A stretch of DNA of 64,000 nucleotides, from contig NC_043009.1 of assembly GCF_006345805.1 (NCBI RefSeq), positions 21,204,001 through 21,268,000 on the forward strand. Reading direction: 5' to 3'. The translations under genes and the position numbers were made by a program. The notes below the pieces were generated by a model. The model was not told where the DNA came from, searched no databases, and saw nothing but the letters and a program-made list of their open reading frames with translations. Origin of the DNA: Octopus sinensis (Eukaryota). Below, one piece after another: positions 12,240 through 25,204 of this stretch (position 1 is its first letter; every line of letters starts with the position of its first letter).

Positions 12240-12380
12240 TTTGGCGTTAGGAAGGGCATCCAGCTGTAGAAACACTGCCAGATCTGACTGGCCTGGTGCA
12301 GCCTTTGGGCTCCCCAGACCCCAGTTGAACCGTCCAACCCATGCTAGCATGGAAAGTGGACGTTAAACGATGATGATGAT
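12240..12380 (+). mobile_element. Short RTE 3'-tail fragment
   Basis: ttggcgttaggaagggcatccagctgtagaaac...cgttaaacgatgatgatgat; same family as 9578-9740. Confidence 0.8.
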
Positions 12381-12689
12381 ATATAAGGGTATAAACGTAG
12401 GGTGTTTTGAATGAAGCACTCAACCCAAGTAACATAATCGACGTAGGTATTCACACTGCATGCATCAGTACAGTAGCACTTCCTGTATACAAAAGTACAA
12501 TGTCTATCACAGGTGATGCATTTGCACTAATGTTGAATCCAATTCTTGAATCCTCAATAGTATATAGCGATTTTTTTATTGCTCGAATACATTTTACATT
12601 ACAAATTAGGCCTACTTTTATTTAATGATCTTCTCCCAGACCCAACCAGTGTTTTGGTTTCAGCCCCTGCAACCGATATTCATTGACAA

Positions 12690-13680
12690 TTCAACTGCCT
12701 CAATTACTTATTCAAAATTTCCCTTGATGTGCACAACAGCAGTGATGTCATCATTATGCTGTATTCTTGCAGAATGAGGTAGAATTTGTGTATAAAAGAC
12801 TGAAAATGTACAACAATGTTCAATGGCTTAGCCAAGGTTTGGTTCTGAAACGATTTGTTGAATGCTTAAATGAGAGAAAGCTCTTGTTGAATAAACATGT
12901 TTCTTATCAAGAATTGTCTGACATCATGTATGTTTGTAAACTGGTGTTTGCAGATTTTTGTGAACATTTGAATGACAAGACACATGATGTTATATTTGGT
13001 TACATAAAGGCTTTTGAAATGAAACTAGAAGCTTTTAAGAAGGATGTGGACAATGAGAGATTTCAATACTTCCTAAACCTAAAGAGGTACATCAATGATC
13101 TCTCAAAAAAAATGACAGAACAGAGTGTCAATGGCTTCAAAAACTGTTTGTAAACATTGTCAAGTCAACTGTTGAGCAGTTTTTTTTTTACAAGGTTTTT
13201 ACAAAGGAATTGGAAGAGACAGCAAAATTCATGAAATTCCCAGACATTATCAAACTAGAAGAACTAAACCTGCAAATGTTTTCATGGACAGACATGATTG
13301 ATTTTCAAATGCAGTTGACTGAATTTCAAAGTAACTCAATTTGGAAGCAAAAATTTATTGACCTTAGAGTTAGCTTAGAAAATATTGAAAAAAAGCAATT
13401 AGAGACAGGGTTACCAGAGAGGAGTGTGGAAAATGAATTATTAAGGAGTTGGAATGCGATTCTAGAAAATTTTTCCAGTTTAAAAAACATTGCAACAACA
13501 CTAATATCCATGTTTTCATCAACATCTGCCTGTGAATCCTTTGTTAAGTCTTGTTGTAATAGGAGTAACCTGACGGATGAAACTAGTTGGGTATGCACAT
13601 CTCTGAAGGTTACAAAATATAAACCTGATACAAAATCTCTGTCATCAGTGATGAAGCAGCAGGAGTCCCACTGATAATAC
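12690..13680 (+). pseudogene. hAT transposase relic (SPIN/GTF2IRD2/EPM2AIP1-like C-terminal half)
   Basis: WLSQGLVLKRF (RWLS motif) and ATTLISMFSSTSACESF (hAT dimerisation domain, FGSTYxCE-like). The frame is broken by stops and frameshifts. Confidence 0.8.
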
Positions 13681-14294
13681 TGGTATACACATGTATATCG
13701 AAAGGAATCAAACAAGTTTTCTGTCAAACTAATATTTCATCTGAATGATGTTTTCTTTTGAAAGTGGCAAAGGTTGTGTATGAGTTTTCTGCTAGACTGA
13801 TATTCTATCTGATGTTAACAATGTTCAGTCTTGCTGCATTGAAACAAAAAAATCGAGTTTCATAAAACTGAACAAAATCTAAACAAATACAGAATCTAAA
13901 GTAAACTGATTTTTTTTTTTTTTTCTGGGAAAACATGATTCCTTAAATCCAAAATATTGTACAAACTAATTAATTACTGTAAAAGAATCATTTTTCTAAT
14001 CAACAATTTGGTGCGAAGACTATTTCCCAGCTCTGGGTTAAGTAATATTCCTAGTTTTTCTGTGAGGGACTGTAAAAGACCAAATTTCAGAAAAAGTTAC
14101 CATAGCCTATGATGTTTTCCTCTGAACTCCCAGTGTATTGAAAAGAATCAAGGATATTTTTTATGATTTTGTAGAAGTAATTTATTTGTGTTCCTGTGCT
14201 ACATTCAGCAATGCAAGAGCAGAACGGCAACATTCAACTTGGAAAAGACATTCATTTTTGATACATTCAGTAGATGTTGCTCTACTGTTTCCAT

Positions 14295-14640
14295 ACATCA
14301 TCATTATCATCACCATCATTTAACATCCGCTTTCCATGCTAGCATGGGTTGGACGGTTTTGACTGAGGGCTGGCGAACCAGATGGCTGCACCAGACTCCA
14401 ATCTTGATCTGGCAGAGTTTCTACAGCTGGATGCCCCTTTCTAACACCAACAACTCCAAGAGTGTAGTGGGTGCTTTTTATGTGCCACCGGCATGGGGGC
14501 CAGTCAGGCGGTACTGACAATGACCTTGCTCGAATCTTTTTACACATGCTACCAGCACAGGTGCCAGTAAGGCGACGCTGGTAACGATAACTGGGCACAA
14601 GTGCCAGTAAGGCAACACTAGTAACGATCACTTGTGGCTA
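14295..14640 (-). mobile_element. RTE 3'-tail/SINE-like fragment
   Basis: catcatttaacatccgctttccatgctagcatgggttggacgg...; same family as 9578-10040. Confidence 0.8.
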
Positions 14641-16089
14641 ATTCTGTGATTCATCCTGGGATTAGCCTTTAACCCCATGATGAAACATTCCAAACATAAG
14701 CATCCTACATTTTCAGTTACAGTGTAACTAAGACTGCATTATCTAATATGTTTTTCTTTTTTTAAGGATATGTTGGTATGCCTTAAAAATGATGTAGGGG
14801 TTCCCTTGAGTTGCTATTTGCTGGTTTGTTTGTTTTAGTCATATTATTTTTGTACTATTCCAATTTCTAGTCTCTCAGACCAACTTTGGATATCTCTGTC
14901 CAAGTATCTATTGATTCAGTAAGATTAGAAGTCAGATAAATGACTGTTTTATCCAATGTGACTGTCATATTTCTCTGTAAAATGATACTATGTAATTTGA
15001 GGGACATTTGACTACCATTTCCAGCAGCTTCTACATAGAGCTACTTTGTGTTGTCTCTTGTGTGTGTGTGTGTTTTATCTTTTAGTCATGATGAAAAGCA
15101 GGGTGCATGACCATTTATGGAGGCTTAGAAGCTGGTGGGAGGGACGGGAAAGTTTTTTTCAAACTCAAAACCAGGCCTGAATGCTTGTAACAGAGTGGGA
15201 CCCACTAAAGGCACCAAAAACTGTGTATGTGTGTGTGGTGGGGTGTTTAACTAGGTGACAAGTTAAGTCTACCAATGAAGTAGGCTATGGCAGGATTTGA
15301 ACTCAGAACATTAGAGCTAGAACAAATTCCACAAGACATCCAATTCAATGTTCTTAGAGTTCTGCCAATTCCATAGCATTTGATTAGTCTTTTTTAAAAG
15401 CCTTAAAAGAAGTTCTTTCCTCATTTATCATTTTATGTTAGTAATTCCTCTGAGTGAATTGAAATGAAATGTGTCAGTGTGAGTCAACTTAGAAGCGGAT
15501 TCAGCAAATGAAATTTCAATTCCACTTAACCGTTAATCTCCTACTTTGCTCTTGCTTCAAAACCTGGCATAAACAAAATGGAAAGAAGTTGTTAAAAGTT
15601 AAATGTTTATCACTAATTTGAATGGTTTGGGATATTAATTAAATAACTGTCTTTTATAAAGCATTATTTCATGATCTTATTTAAATGTTTATTTAATTAA
15701 CATATGCATGCTTCGTTTCACCCTCTTCCTAGAAATAATCTATTGAGTAAAACGAGATATTAGGTTGATATCTGTGAAAGCTATTTGCACCCTGACATGT
15801 GAGTTAGATTAGTAGAAAGAATATTAATGGATTATTTGATTGTTGTTCTTTAATCCTGATCCAGCAGACCTATAATCAAAATCACTCCAGCTGTGACTAT
15901 CACAACTCTTCTTGAGATGTAGCGTATACAGAACTACATTATCTCACAGACAGTATAATAGTATTAGTGGCTGATTCAGTAGACCTACAACCAAAGCTGT
16001 TCCAGCCGTTAGCCATCTCATTTTATTAAGGCAAAGTATAACTAGGACTACATCATCTTATGTGCCTATGAAGACAGTAGGGTGTAATT

Positions 16090-16270
16090 TCAGTAGGGAT
16101 TTGGCAGCTATTTCAGGTGAGGTCGCACCATAGCTATATAAAACCGCAGATAGATAGCCAGAGAGCGGCTTACAAAGGACTTGGTGAGTGCTGCCAAGAC
16201 ACCCTCAGCCTTCTTGGCAATTTTAGCAATTGGTTCATTGACCAAGTGATTCTGTGCCTTACAATTCCTT
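16090..16270 (-). mobile_element. CR1/L2-type LINE RT C-terminal relic
   Basis: Translation HLVNEPIAKIAKKAEGVL...LRFYIAMVRPHL. Confidence 0.55.
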
Positions 16271-16565
16271 ATCATGTAAGCAAGTAGCACCCAGTCCCTC
16301 ATACATAAACCCTAACAGCCACAAGAGAATAAAATTATTTCTTTATTTTCAAAAAACTTTTAATTTTAAAATCAAGCATTTTGTTTACAATAACACCATT
16401 AGTTATAATCCCAAGGGTCCAGCAGACATTTTCTTCTGGTATTCAATGCAGCGACACTTCATTATTCAAAAGCATAGTACTGCACCCGACAGCCCATTCT
16501 CTTAACTCATAAAACAAACAAACACACACACACACATACATTTGTCTATGTATATGAGTGAGTGA

Positions 16566-16602
<37 letters not shown>

Positions 16603-16603
<1 letters not shown>

Positions 16604-16830
16604 ATCATCATCATCATTTAACGTTTGTTGTCTATGCTGATATGGGTCGGACAGTTTGACCAGGGCTGGCAAGCTGGAAGGCTGCGCCAGACATCAGTCT
16701 GATTTGGCATGATTTTTACAGCTGGATGTCCTTCCTAATGCCAACCACTCAGAGAATGTAATGGGTGCTTTTACATACCACCAGCATGGTTGCCATTTGT
16801 GTGGCATCAGTATCTGCCATGAGTGCAATT
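16603..16830 (-). mobile_element. RTE 3'-tail fragment
   Basis: tcatcatcatttaacgttt...gctggatgtccttcctaatgccaaccac. Confidence 0.75.
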
Positions 16831-17049
16831 TTACTTGGCTTTATGGGTTTTCTCAATCACAACATAACGCCAAAGGTCGACAGTCATTCATCAATGCCAC
16901 ACATGCTGTAATCCCTCGCCATTTCACAGTTCACCTATCACAGTTTATTATTTAAGCTTACATTGATTCCTCCATGGTGTTATTTTGCATTTATAATAAA
17001 ATAAATATATACAAATTATAAAAATTATAAAAAAGTATACAGTACACAG

Positions 17050-17752
17050 AGGCTATGATGAAAGACCGAGATCTCTGAGATATGCAGTGACTGTGAAGGC
17101 CCGACAAATGGAGTTCATGGCTTGCAGGACGACCTATTGTGTCAAGTTCATCAACATCAAAATAAAAATCGTATGGATATTGTAGTTATGATACCCGTGC
17201 CAGTGGCATGTAGGGCCTCACAGAGGAAATGACAAATGCCGAGACCTCTGAGATATGCTGTGACTGTGAAGACTCGACAAATGAAGTGAGTTCATGGCTC
17301 GCAGGATGGCCTGCTGTGCTAACCTTGGATTGTAGAGTGACCCGCTGTTCTTGAGGAGACCTATTGAGTCAAGTATGTCAACACCAACATCAAAATAAAA
17401 ATCAAATGGAAATTGTAGTTATGATACCCATGCCGGTGGCACGTTAAAAGCACTGTCTGAACGTGGCTGATGCCAGCACCGCGTGACTGGCGTCTGTGTC
17501 GGTGACACATAAAAGCACCAACCGATCGTGGCTGTTTGCCAGCCTCCTCTGGCCTCTGTGCCGGTAGCACGTAAAAAGCACCCACTACACTCACGGAGTG
17601 GTTGACATTAAGAAGGGCATCAAGCTGTAGAAACACTGCCAGATCAGACTGGAGCCTGGTGCAGCCTCCTGGCTTGCCAGACCCCAGTCAAACTGTCCAA
17701 CCCATGCTAGCATGGAAAACGGACGTTAAACGACGACGATGATGATGATGAC
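17050..17752 (+). mobile_element. RTE 3' UTR fragment with internal duplication and (GAC/GAT)n tail
   Basis: 17065-17205 is repeated in diverged form at 17238-17445. Ends ggacgttaaacgacgacgatgatgatg. Confidence 0.7.
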
Positions 17753-17861
17753 AGTACAGTACTTTTTCTACTTTGCAGATTTTCACCTGCCGCGGGGGCT
17801 TTTGGAACATAACACTCGTGATAGTTGAGGGATTACTGTATATATGTGTGTGTGTGTAGGT

Positions 17862-17957
17862 GCAGACGTGGCTGTGTAGTAAGGAGCTTGCTTCCCAATC
17901 AGTTCTGGGTTCAGTCCCACTGCATGGCACCTTGGGCAAGTGTCTTCTACTATAGTT
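17862..17957 (+). mobile_element. CORE-SINE head fragment
   Basis: gtggctgtgtagtaaggagcttgcttcc...ggttcagtcccactgcatggcaccttgggcaagtgtcttctactatag. Confidence 0.7.
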
Positions 17958-20025
17958 CCTGACTTTCAGGGCATTGCAAAAGGCCTGGTTTGAGGCCCAA
18001 CCTTCCAAGTTCTTTAACAGGGCTTAGAAAAACTGTAAGACCACCACAGTAAGTGTGTGAATCTGAGTGGGGAATATGTTGAATAAAATCATAATTAACT
18101 GATGCTCTGTGTCTTCTTTAACCCAAAGCCAGGAACTTCAGCACCCCACCCAATTCGTATATACATGTTACACATGCACATGACAAACTTACAGAGTTTG
18201 TGCTCACCAAATTTCTCTCAGAAGGCATAGGTCAATCCAGGGCTATGGCAGGAATATCTTGTAAAAGTGTTTCAAAGTGGAATTACACAGGGAGCCAGAC
18301 AGTTACACAATGAACTTTTCTAACCACTCACCGGGGCTTGAATCCCTTTAACAAGGCATTTAATGTTTCATAGTATTTCAGATGTCTCATATTCAGTTCA
18401 AGAGTTGTTTTCGTCTTTGAGTAGAACTTGTAATACAGTTTATGAGATCATTCTCTTTTAAGGTATTTACAATAATTTTGTCTTTTTGTTGGTAAAGTTC
18501 TAGACACAGCCTGCAGTGTTACAGCTAGTTTAAGAATACAAGAATAAAGAATCAACTATAAAAAACAGTTTAAAAAAAGATAAGAAATAAATGCGATTTC
18601 AGCAACCATCACTTGAAGAACAGAGTAGAATATTTTCTGTGAAGAAAACATTCTTTAAGTAGATTTATCTTTTGTTGGCAGCACAATATTTCTGGCAGAA
18701 TTTTTTTCCAAACTTTATCAAAATAATTGTGTTGCCATTACTTTCAACAGCAGTCTAAATATATATATATATATATATATATACATACATAAATGTAGAA
18801 TGATGAAATGAGTGCTCAGCACCACATTGGTGGATATATAATTTCTTTGTTAAAGAATATATATATATATTTATATATACCTACTAGTTTTCTTTTAATT
18901 GAGGAAATGACTAGGTTAATGTTGAAAAGTGCTGCAGAGACTTCCACTGGGAGTAATGATTTGAAGTAAGACATTCTGGTAATCTATAAAGCAGCCTCAG
19001 TTTGAGCATCGCATTTGTCAGCATTATGATAAATAAGAGAGATACAAAAAGCTGTTCCTTACTGAAACTTATCTCAATAGTTACCAGACCGAGGGCTGCC
19101 AGCTGCAGCCATTAACACTAATATTTGATGAATCAGAAAGTGAAAAACCTATGTTGCATGTTAAGCCAAAGTTTCCAATTTGGATTCAAAGTGTATTGTT
19201 GTTTTTGTCAAAAAGTAAGGCAAAGTAAAAATAAAGCCAATCTTTAACAGGGAATGAAAGTTTTTGGTTGTAAAACTGAAACAAGTTGGTAGCCTTGTCA
19301 AGGTCCAAATGCCGTTTTGTTTGTTGTTGATGTGAAATCTCAGATCAACTTCCATGAAATATCGTCATTAAAGAATACATCTTTTTCTTAATGGTAAATA
19401 GTTTTATCAGTTGGATAACATGTTGCAGCAATTTTTGATAAACGAAGTTTTGATAATTGCAGAGTGGACAACTCTCTATCTTTCTTGACCAGAATTATCA
19501 AAATAACAACTTTGTGTCATTCCTAAAGATATAATTACAATTAATTAAAACTTCCTAGTCCACTACATCATATGTGGTAGCAGCTATTCGATAGATTGGT
19601 TTAATGTCTTTCATTGACTGAGGAACAACAACCTTCTTTACATTTTGGTGACCCCAACGTGATTACAGATATGTATTTCATCTAACAGCTTATAAATGTC
19701 ATTTATTCATGTCGTTTCTGAATAGAAACTGCTAGCTACAGGTAGTATATCTGCTTGTTTGCAATATCACCGCATAAATAGAATAAATTCATTATAGAGA
19801 TGCTTCTATTGTATAATTCAAATGGATTCTGCTTATGGTGCTATTGCAAATCAACCATCTGTATACCTTTGAAGCAAGTGATTTCAAATTTGCTTCAGAA
19901 GTGACAACATTGATAAATTGTAACTACAGTAAAATACAGTATCTGGGACCATTTCACTACATCTTGAAATGGATTTTACCTATTTTGTCTGTCTATCTAT
20001 ATACATACATAATTATATATACATA

Positions 20026-20977
20026 CGGTATCTCACAGAAGTATGTACACTCCTAAAAAATTTCAGTAAAATTGCCATTACACTGATAATATTGAAGGAA
20101 ATCAAACGAAATTTATACAGAATAAAATATATTACACATGCAAACATTATACAAATTTGGAACACAAAACAATAAACATTTTCAAAGATATGTATGAAAT
20201 CTTAATGTTCAATCGATACAAAAATATGTACACCCTAAAAGATTATTTGCTATATTTGGTGTGTCCGCCATTGTTTTTAATGACAGCATTAAGTCTTCTG
20301 GGCATAGAGTCAACTAAATTGCCATATATTACTGATGAAATCAGCCTCTGTTCATCCTGAATGATGTCTTTCATCTGTGGTACGGGGCTTTTTCTCCTCA
20401 ACCTTCCTTTTCAAAACACCCCACAGATGTTCTCTTGGGTTTAAATCAGGTGACATGGTAGGCCAAGGCAATACCTTTACCTTTTTATCTGGTAAAAACT
20501 TAGTTGTCATCTTTGAAGTGCGTTAAGGGTCATTATCATGTTGGAACATCAAATGTCTTCCGAGTTCCTTGATGCTTTTCAACATTGTATTCTGCAATAT
20601 GTCACAATAAAGCCTTGAATCCATTGCTCTCTCTCAATAAATGTGAGTCCAGATGCAATAACAATGACCGGTGCAAAAATTCCAGGAGAAATAATTTATT
20701 AGAATTGAAATTATCAGCATTATCTGAATTTAGCAAAAAAAAGTGGATAAAATATAGAATATGGCAAATTTCCTTTAGAGTGTACATATTTTGTATTGTT
20801 TGAAAAGCAATATTTCTTTGAAAATGTCTATTGTTTTGTGTTCCAAATTTGTATAATGTTTGCATGCTTAACATATTTCATTCAGTATAAATTTTGTTTG
20901 ATTTCCTTCAATATTATCAGTGTAATGGCAATTTTACTGAAAATTTTTAGGGGTGTACATACTTCTGTGAGATACTG
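20026..20977 (-). mobile_element. Tc1 deletion derivative with long IR/DR-type TIRs and TA TSD
   Basis: ~215-bp terminal inverted repeats (20026-20240 and ~20770-20977), flanked by TA at 20024-20025 and 20978-20979. Internal minus-strand MFQHDNDP*...WPTMSPDLNPREHLW. Confidence 0.9.
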
Positions 20978-20983
20978 TATATA

Positions 20984-21032
<49 letters not shown>

Positions 21033-21339
21033 AATAAGGAGAAAATGGAGAGGTATTTAATAAAATATTATTTATTAATTATAAAATATGACATCTCTCA
21101 CAGCTGATTCGATTCAGTAATCTTTATAAATTAAAAGCATTATAAGATGAATCTCTTCAGAGGTAGTAAAGATATACCGATTAGAAATATATGCTGAGAT
21201 AACGGCTTTAAACCGTTAACTGATAGCATATATACAAAAAGAGCCAGTTATAGAAGTCCTCAATCCAACACAGGGGGAGAAGATAGTGTATATTTTGTGT
21301 CTTAAAGAAAGAAAAGAAGATATTAATATATCATAGGAT

Positions 21340-21960
21340 ATTGAGAAAGAGAAAAAGAAAAAGTCACAAGAGGTGAGATCTGGGGAATATGGTGACTGTC
21401 GGACCTGGAGAATGCTGTGCCTAGCCAAAAACTCCGGCACAAGCTATACTGAATGGGCATTGTCACCTGAAAGCAGATTTGGCACAAACTTGACAGACAT
21501 GTGTTTCATAGCCAAATCTGCAGTGATAATGGACTGAACTGAACTGCAACTAACATGCACATCCTCTGATAACACATGGATGGTGATTTGATAATTTCAT
21601 CTCACATTTGCATGCATATCTGCGATGTTTTTCTCAGTTCTACTGGTTGCAGGTCTCTCAGAACATTTGTCACTATCGACATTTTTTTGGCTCATACACT
21701 CCTCTCTATACACTTGCTGTGACTTTGTGTAGGCCTCTGAACAGGTATCACCAAGCCTTTGGCAAAATTTGATGCAGATTCATGGTCAATGTGACGATCA
21801 TACGTTATACACGTTCCTTCCAAGCACTGCTATAAACAGCGTAAGTGAGCTAGAACATTAAAACTTAGTTCATATGAACAACAGAGTTCAAGGTCAATCT
21901 ATGCCAAGTGGTTTCACTCTGTGTGTTTTAGCTTCGTTACTATGGCAACAGCCTTATTAG
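21340..21960 (-). mobile_element. mariner transposase relic (internally deleted)
   Basis: PEFLARHSILQVRQSPYSPDLTSCDFF (YSPDL motif). A mariner-like TIR sequence tacgtggcttgatcaataaatatccggactg lies at ~21985-22015. Confidence 0.7.
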
Positions 21961-24900
21961 TCATGTATAAAATATGATGGCTTATACGTGGCTTGATCAA
22001 TAAATATCCGGACTGTTAAAAAATGCATTTTTTAAAAGACAGTAAAAAATCTGAAAATTGGCTATAATAATGTAGTTTTCCAGTCTAATTGCTATGAAAG
22101 GCATGAGGTTGAGGAGAAAACAATTGGAGGAAAAAGTTACAGAGGTTTAAAAATCAAAAAAGCTGTGTATTTTTAGCCAATAGTGAAACAGAAATTTCCT
22201 GCGTTTAGTGGAACGGTGTCAACTTTAAGGTTGTGCCCTGTGAAATTTATAGTTTAGCGTCTGTGAAATGACCTGTTCATTGTAGGTTTCTTAATAAACA
22301 GAAATACCTAATAAAATCCACATGTATCATCTTACTGTTTCTTTTCTCTATTCATTGATTGTATGCTTTTATTATTTTAAAAAGTTTGTTGTATTAATAT
22401 TTTACTTTATGTGTATTTCAGTATTATGTATACCTGTCATGTATTTGTGTGCACCATTAATATATAAGTGCGTGTGTGCGTGTGTGAAAAAGGGGTGTAT
22501 GTCTCGAAAACTTCAAAATTGAGTAACGTTTTCATGCTTGGATTTGAATACGAATAACACTGGTCAACAAAGAATTCGTCCCAAGAAAAAGAATACCTTT
22601 ATAGTTTTAAGCTATATGCAAACAAACTAGTGGAGACGAGAATACATTTATCAAAGGTTTATTACTTTACATACATCAGGGCTTAAGACGCCAGTTGTTT
22701 CTGTTTATTTCATTCAGACTAGTTTCACACTCACTGTTGACATTCTTTTTGTTTTTCTTCTCATTTCGGAAGTCCCTTTTTTGCTGCTGACCAACTTCCT
22801 AGCTAGCCCGCAGCAAAGTTTCTGTCTACAGTTCATCTGTCACGAATTTTGCCCTACACCTGTATCTTATATGTTTTTGCATGTAGGATTCAAAAATAAT
22901 GTCAAATTATCTGTATCACCAACAGTTTCTCTGTTCCATGATATCCCTCACAGTTCCTGTTACGTGGGCTAAATTTCAGTTAAGCTATTGAAACGTGAAG
23001 CTAATGGTTTAAGAAATACTCCTAATTTAAATGTTTATGAATAGAATTAACCAGTTATCTGAGTCAATGAGTCCCTGAAACTTGACAATACTGAGTCGAT
23101 GAGTCACTGATGCTTTGTCAGTACTGTGCTTGAAGTGTAGGTGTGTGGTTGTGCATATTCCATTCAACTTTATAATGCCAAGAAACTGCATAAACATCGC
23201 AAACAACTTTTGCTATATATGAAAAATATGTAATTGATGAAAAATATCTATAATAAAATAATAACTGATAAATATAAATTTTTATTAAGACAAAACACGC
23301 GGGTGAAGTAAATCTCGTGGTGTGAAGAATCAACACAACATGCGAGTGAAACAACTTGCGGTTGTCATGGTAACAAGCTGTTAATAGCCTCACTGTTTGT
23401 TGATTGGCTAAAATTACCCAAATTTCCCAACTTTAATTCCAAATAACATCGGATTCTTTAATTTACGAGATAAAACAATTGGTTGATCGTAATCAAAATT
23501 TAGAGTTGCATCGATACATCAAAATTGAAGGCAATCTGAGCAAAATTAAAGGGGAGGGGGCTCATTTTGCGGATTTAAAAAACTAGATTCCAATACTGTT
23601 TAAACATATGGTTTGCAACATTATGTAATATACATTGTATTTTGTATTAAACTATTATAAGGTTATTAATGTCAGCAGGTTTGTATATAAATGTGTGCGT
23701 GTTGGTTGGTGAACCAGGATGGAACTAACTTGGTAAACAGCGGAAAAGAGAAAACAAGGTTAAAAAGTACTGATGCAGGAACATGGGATGTAGCGAGCGC
23801 AAGTGCACCCACTAAAATTTTGTTGGGGGGGGAGGGGGGGCAATGAAAATTCTTTGAACATTATGCGTTGGACCTGAGTTTGCAGTCTTTAAGCAAGTTT
23901 CTTTCCTGCACTTAAGGATGCAGATTCAATAGCATTCATTTCATGTAACAGTTTTTAGCCTCATCTTAGAAAGAATTTTTAAGCTAGTCAATAGTAGTAC
24001 ATATGAACATAATTCGTTTCTTTAACGAAAAGAATTTGCTTTAAGTATTACTGTTGGAACACATGGAGCGGTTAGACATGAGAGGCTTTGTACAGTAGAC
24101 AGCCTCTTTTGTCTTAGGCACCAGCAGAATCAGAAACACTGCTAATTATTATTTGCAGATGTGAACTTTCTAAGGCAATAGAATTTAGGATGGCTTGTAG
24201 CAAGTGAAATAAAAACAAGTCTTTTGTATTCGAAGCCAACAGAATGGTTAAACCGGGTTTATCAAGCCAACAGATTCTTTAGTCTACAATATTTATCAAT
24301 TTTCTTTAAGTTACATGATTTACGAAACAGACACCAGTCCGAGATAAATAGAAAGAAGATGTATCCCTGAAGCTCTAAGTGAGTAAAACAAGAAAAAGCT
24401 TCTAAATGTCACTTGACATGCTTGAAATAGAAGTTATATCTCATTCAAAACTCTCTATTGTCTTCAAAAAAGGATTGCATGTCAGTTGATGTAGATCCAA
24501 GTAACTTACGTATCAATAAGACTGGACAGGTACAGTTGGAATTTTTTGAACATAAGTCAACTCAATTAGAGTAGACAAGTAATAAAGATGGTGAAGAAGA
24601 AATTAATAAAATTATTCGACCACAAATTATAACTGTAAAACGAATTTCGAATGAAGTCAATTTTTTTCGATGATTGAGGAAATATTACTGCTTCATATGC
24701 GATATATACGTAAAATGCACGAGATGTATGGCTTTATAACCAGTAGCTACATGACGATTGAAGACCATCCAAAATGAGTGGGAATCGTGATGGCCTTCTG
24801 CCCGACCATTTAATTGTTACTTGAGTTTAAACCAAATCTGATCATTAAAGCAATATGATAACACGGGTATAGGAAAAAAAAACCCACGGACAAAAGTCCC

Positions 24901-24964
24901 ACAGTTGAAGTGTGAAAGTGGACAAAAGCCCCACGGTTTCGATTATTTTTTCATTTTTTTTTTT

Positions 24965-25104
24965 ACCTTTTACTTGTTTCAGTCATTAGACTGCGGCCAT
25001 GCTGGGGCACCACCTTGAAGAATTTTTAGTTGAAAGTATCAGCGCTAGAATTTTTTTTATTTTCATTTGTTGCAGTTATTAGACTGCAGCCATGCTGGGG
25101 AACT
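24965..25104 (-). mobile_element. Two CORE-SINE 3'-tail fragments
   Basis: tttacttgtttcagtcattagactgcggccatgctggggcac, repeated in diverged form just before the gap. Confidence 0.6.
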
Positions 25105-25204
25105 NNNNNNNNNNNNNNNNNNNNNNNNNNNNNNNNNNNNNNNNNNNNNNNNNNNNNNNNNNNNNNNNNNNNNNNNNNNNNNNNNNNNNNNNNNNNNNNN
25201 NNNN
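25105..25204. other. Assembly gap (100 N)
   Basis: Exactly 100 N, a placeholder length typical of a gap of unknown size. Confidence 0.98.

Noticed and set aside
12767-13674. Domesticated GTF2IRD2/EPM2AIP1-like host gene
   Set aside because: Stops and frameshifts, a truncated N-terminus and altered conserved motifs indicate a decayed hAT transposon.
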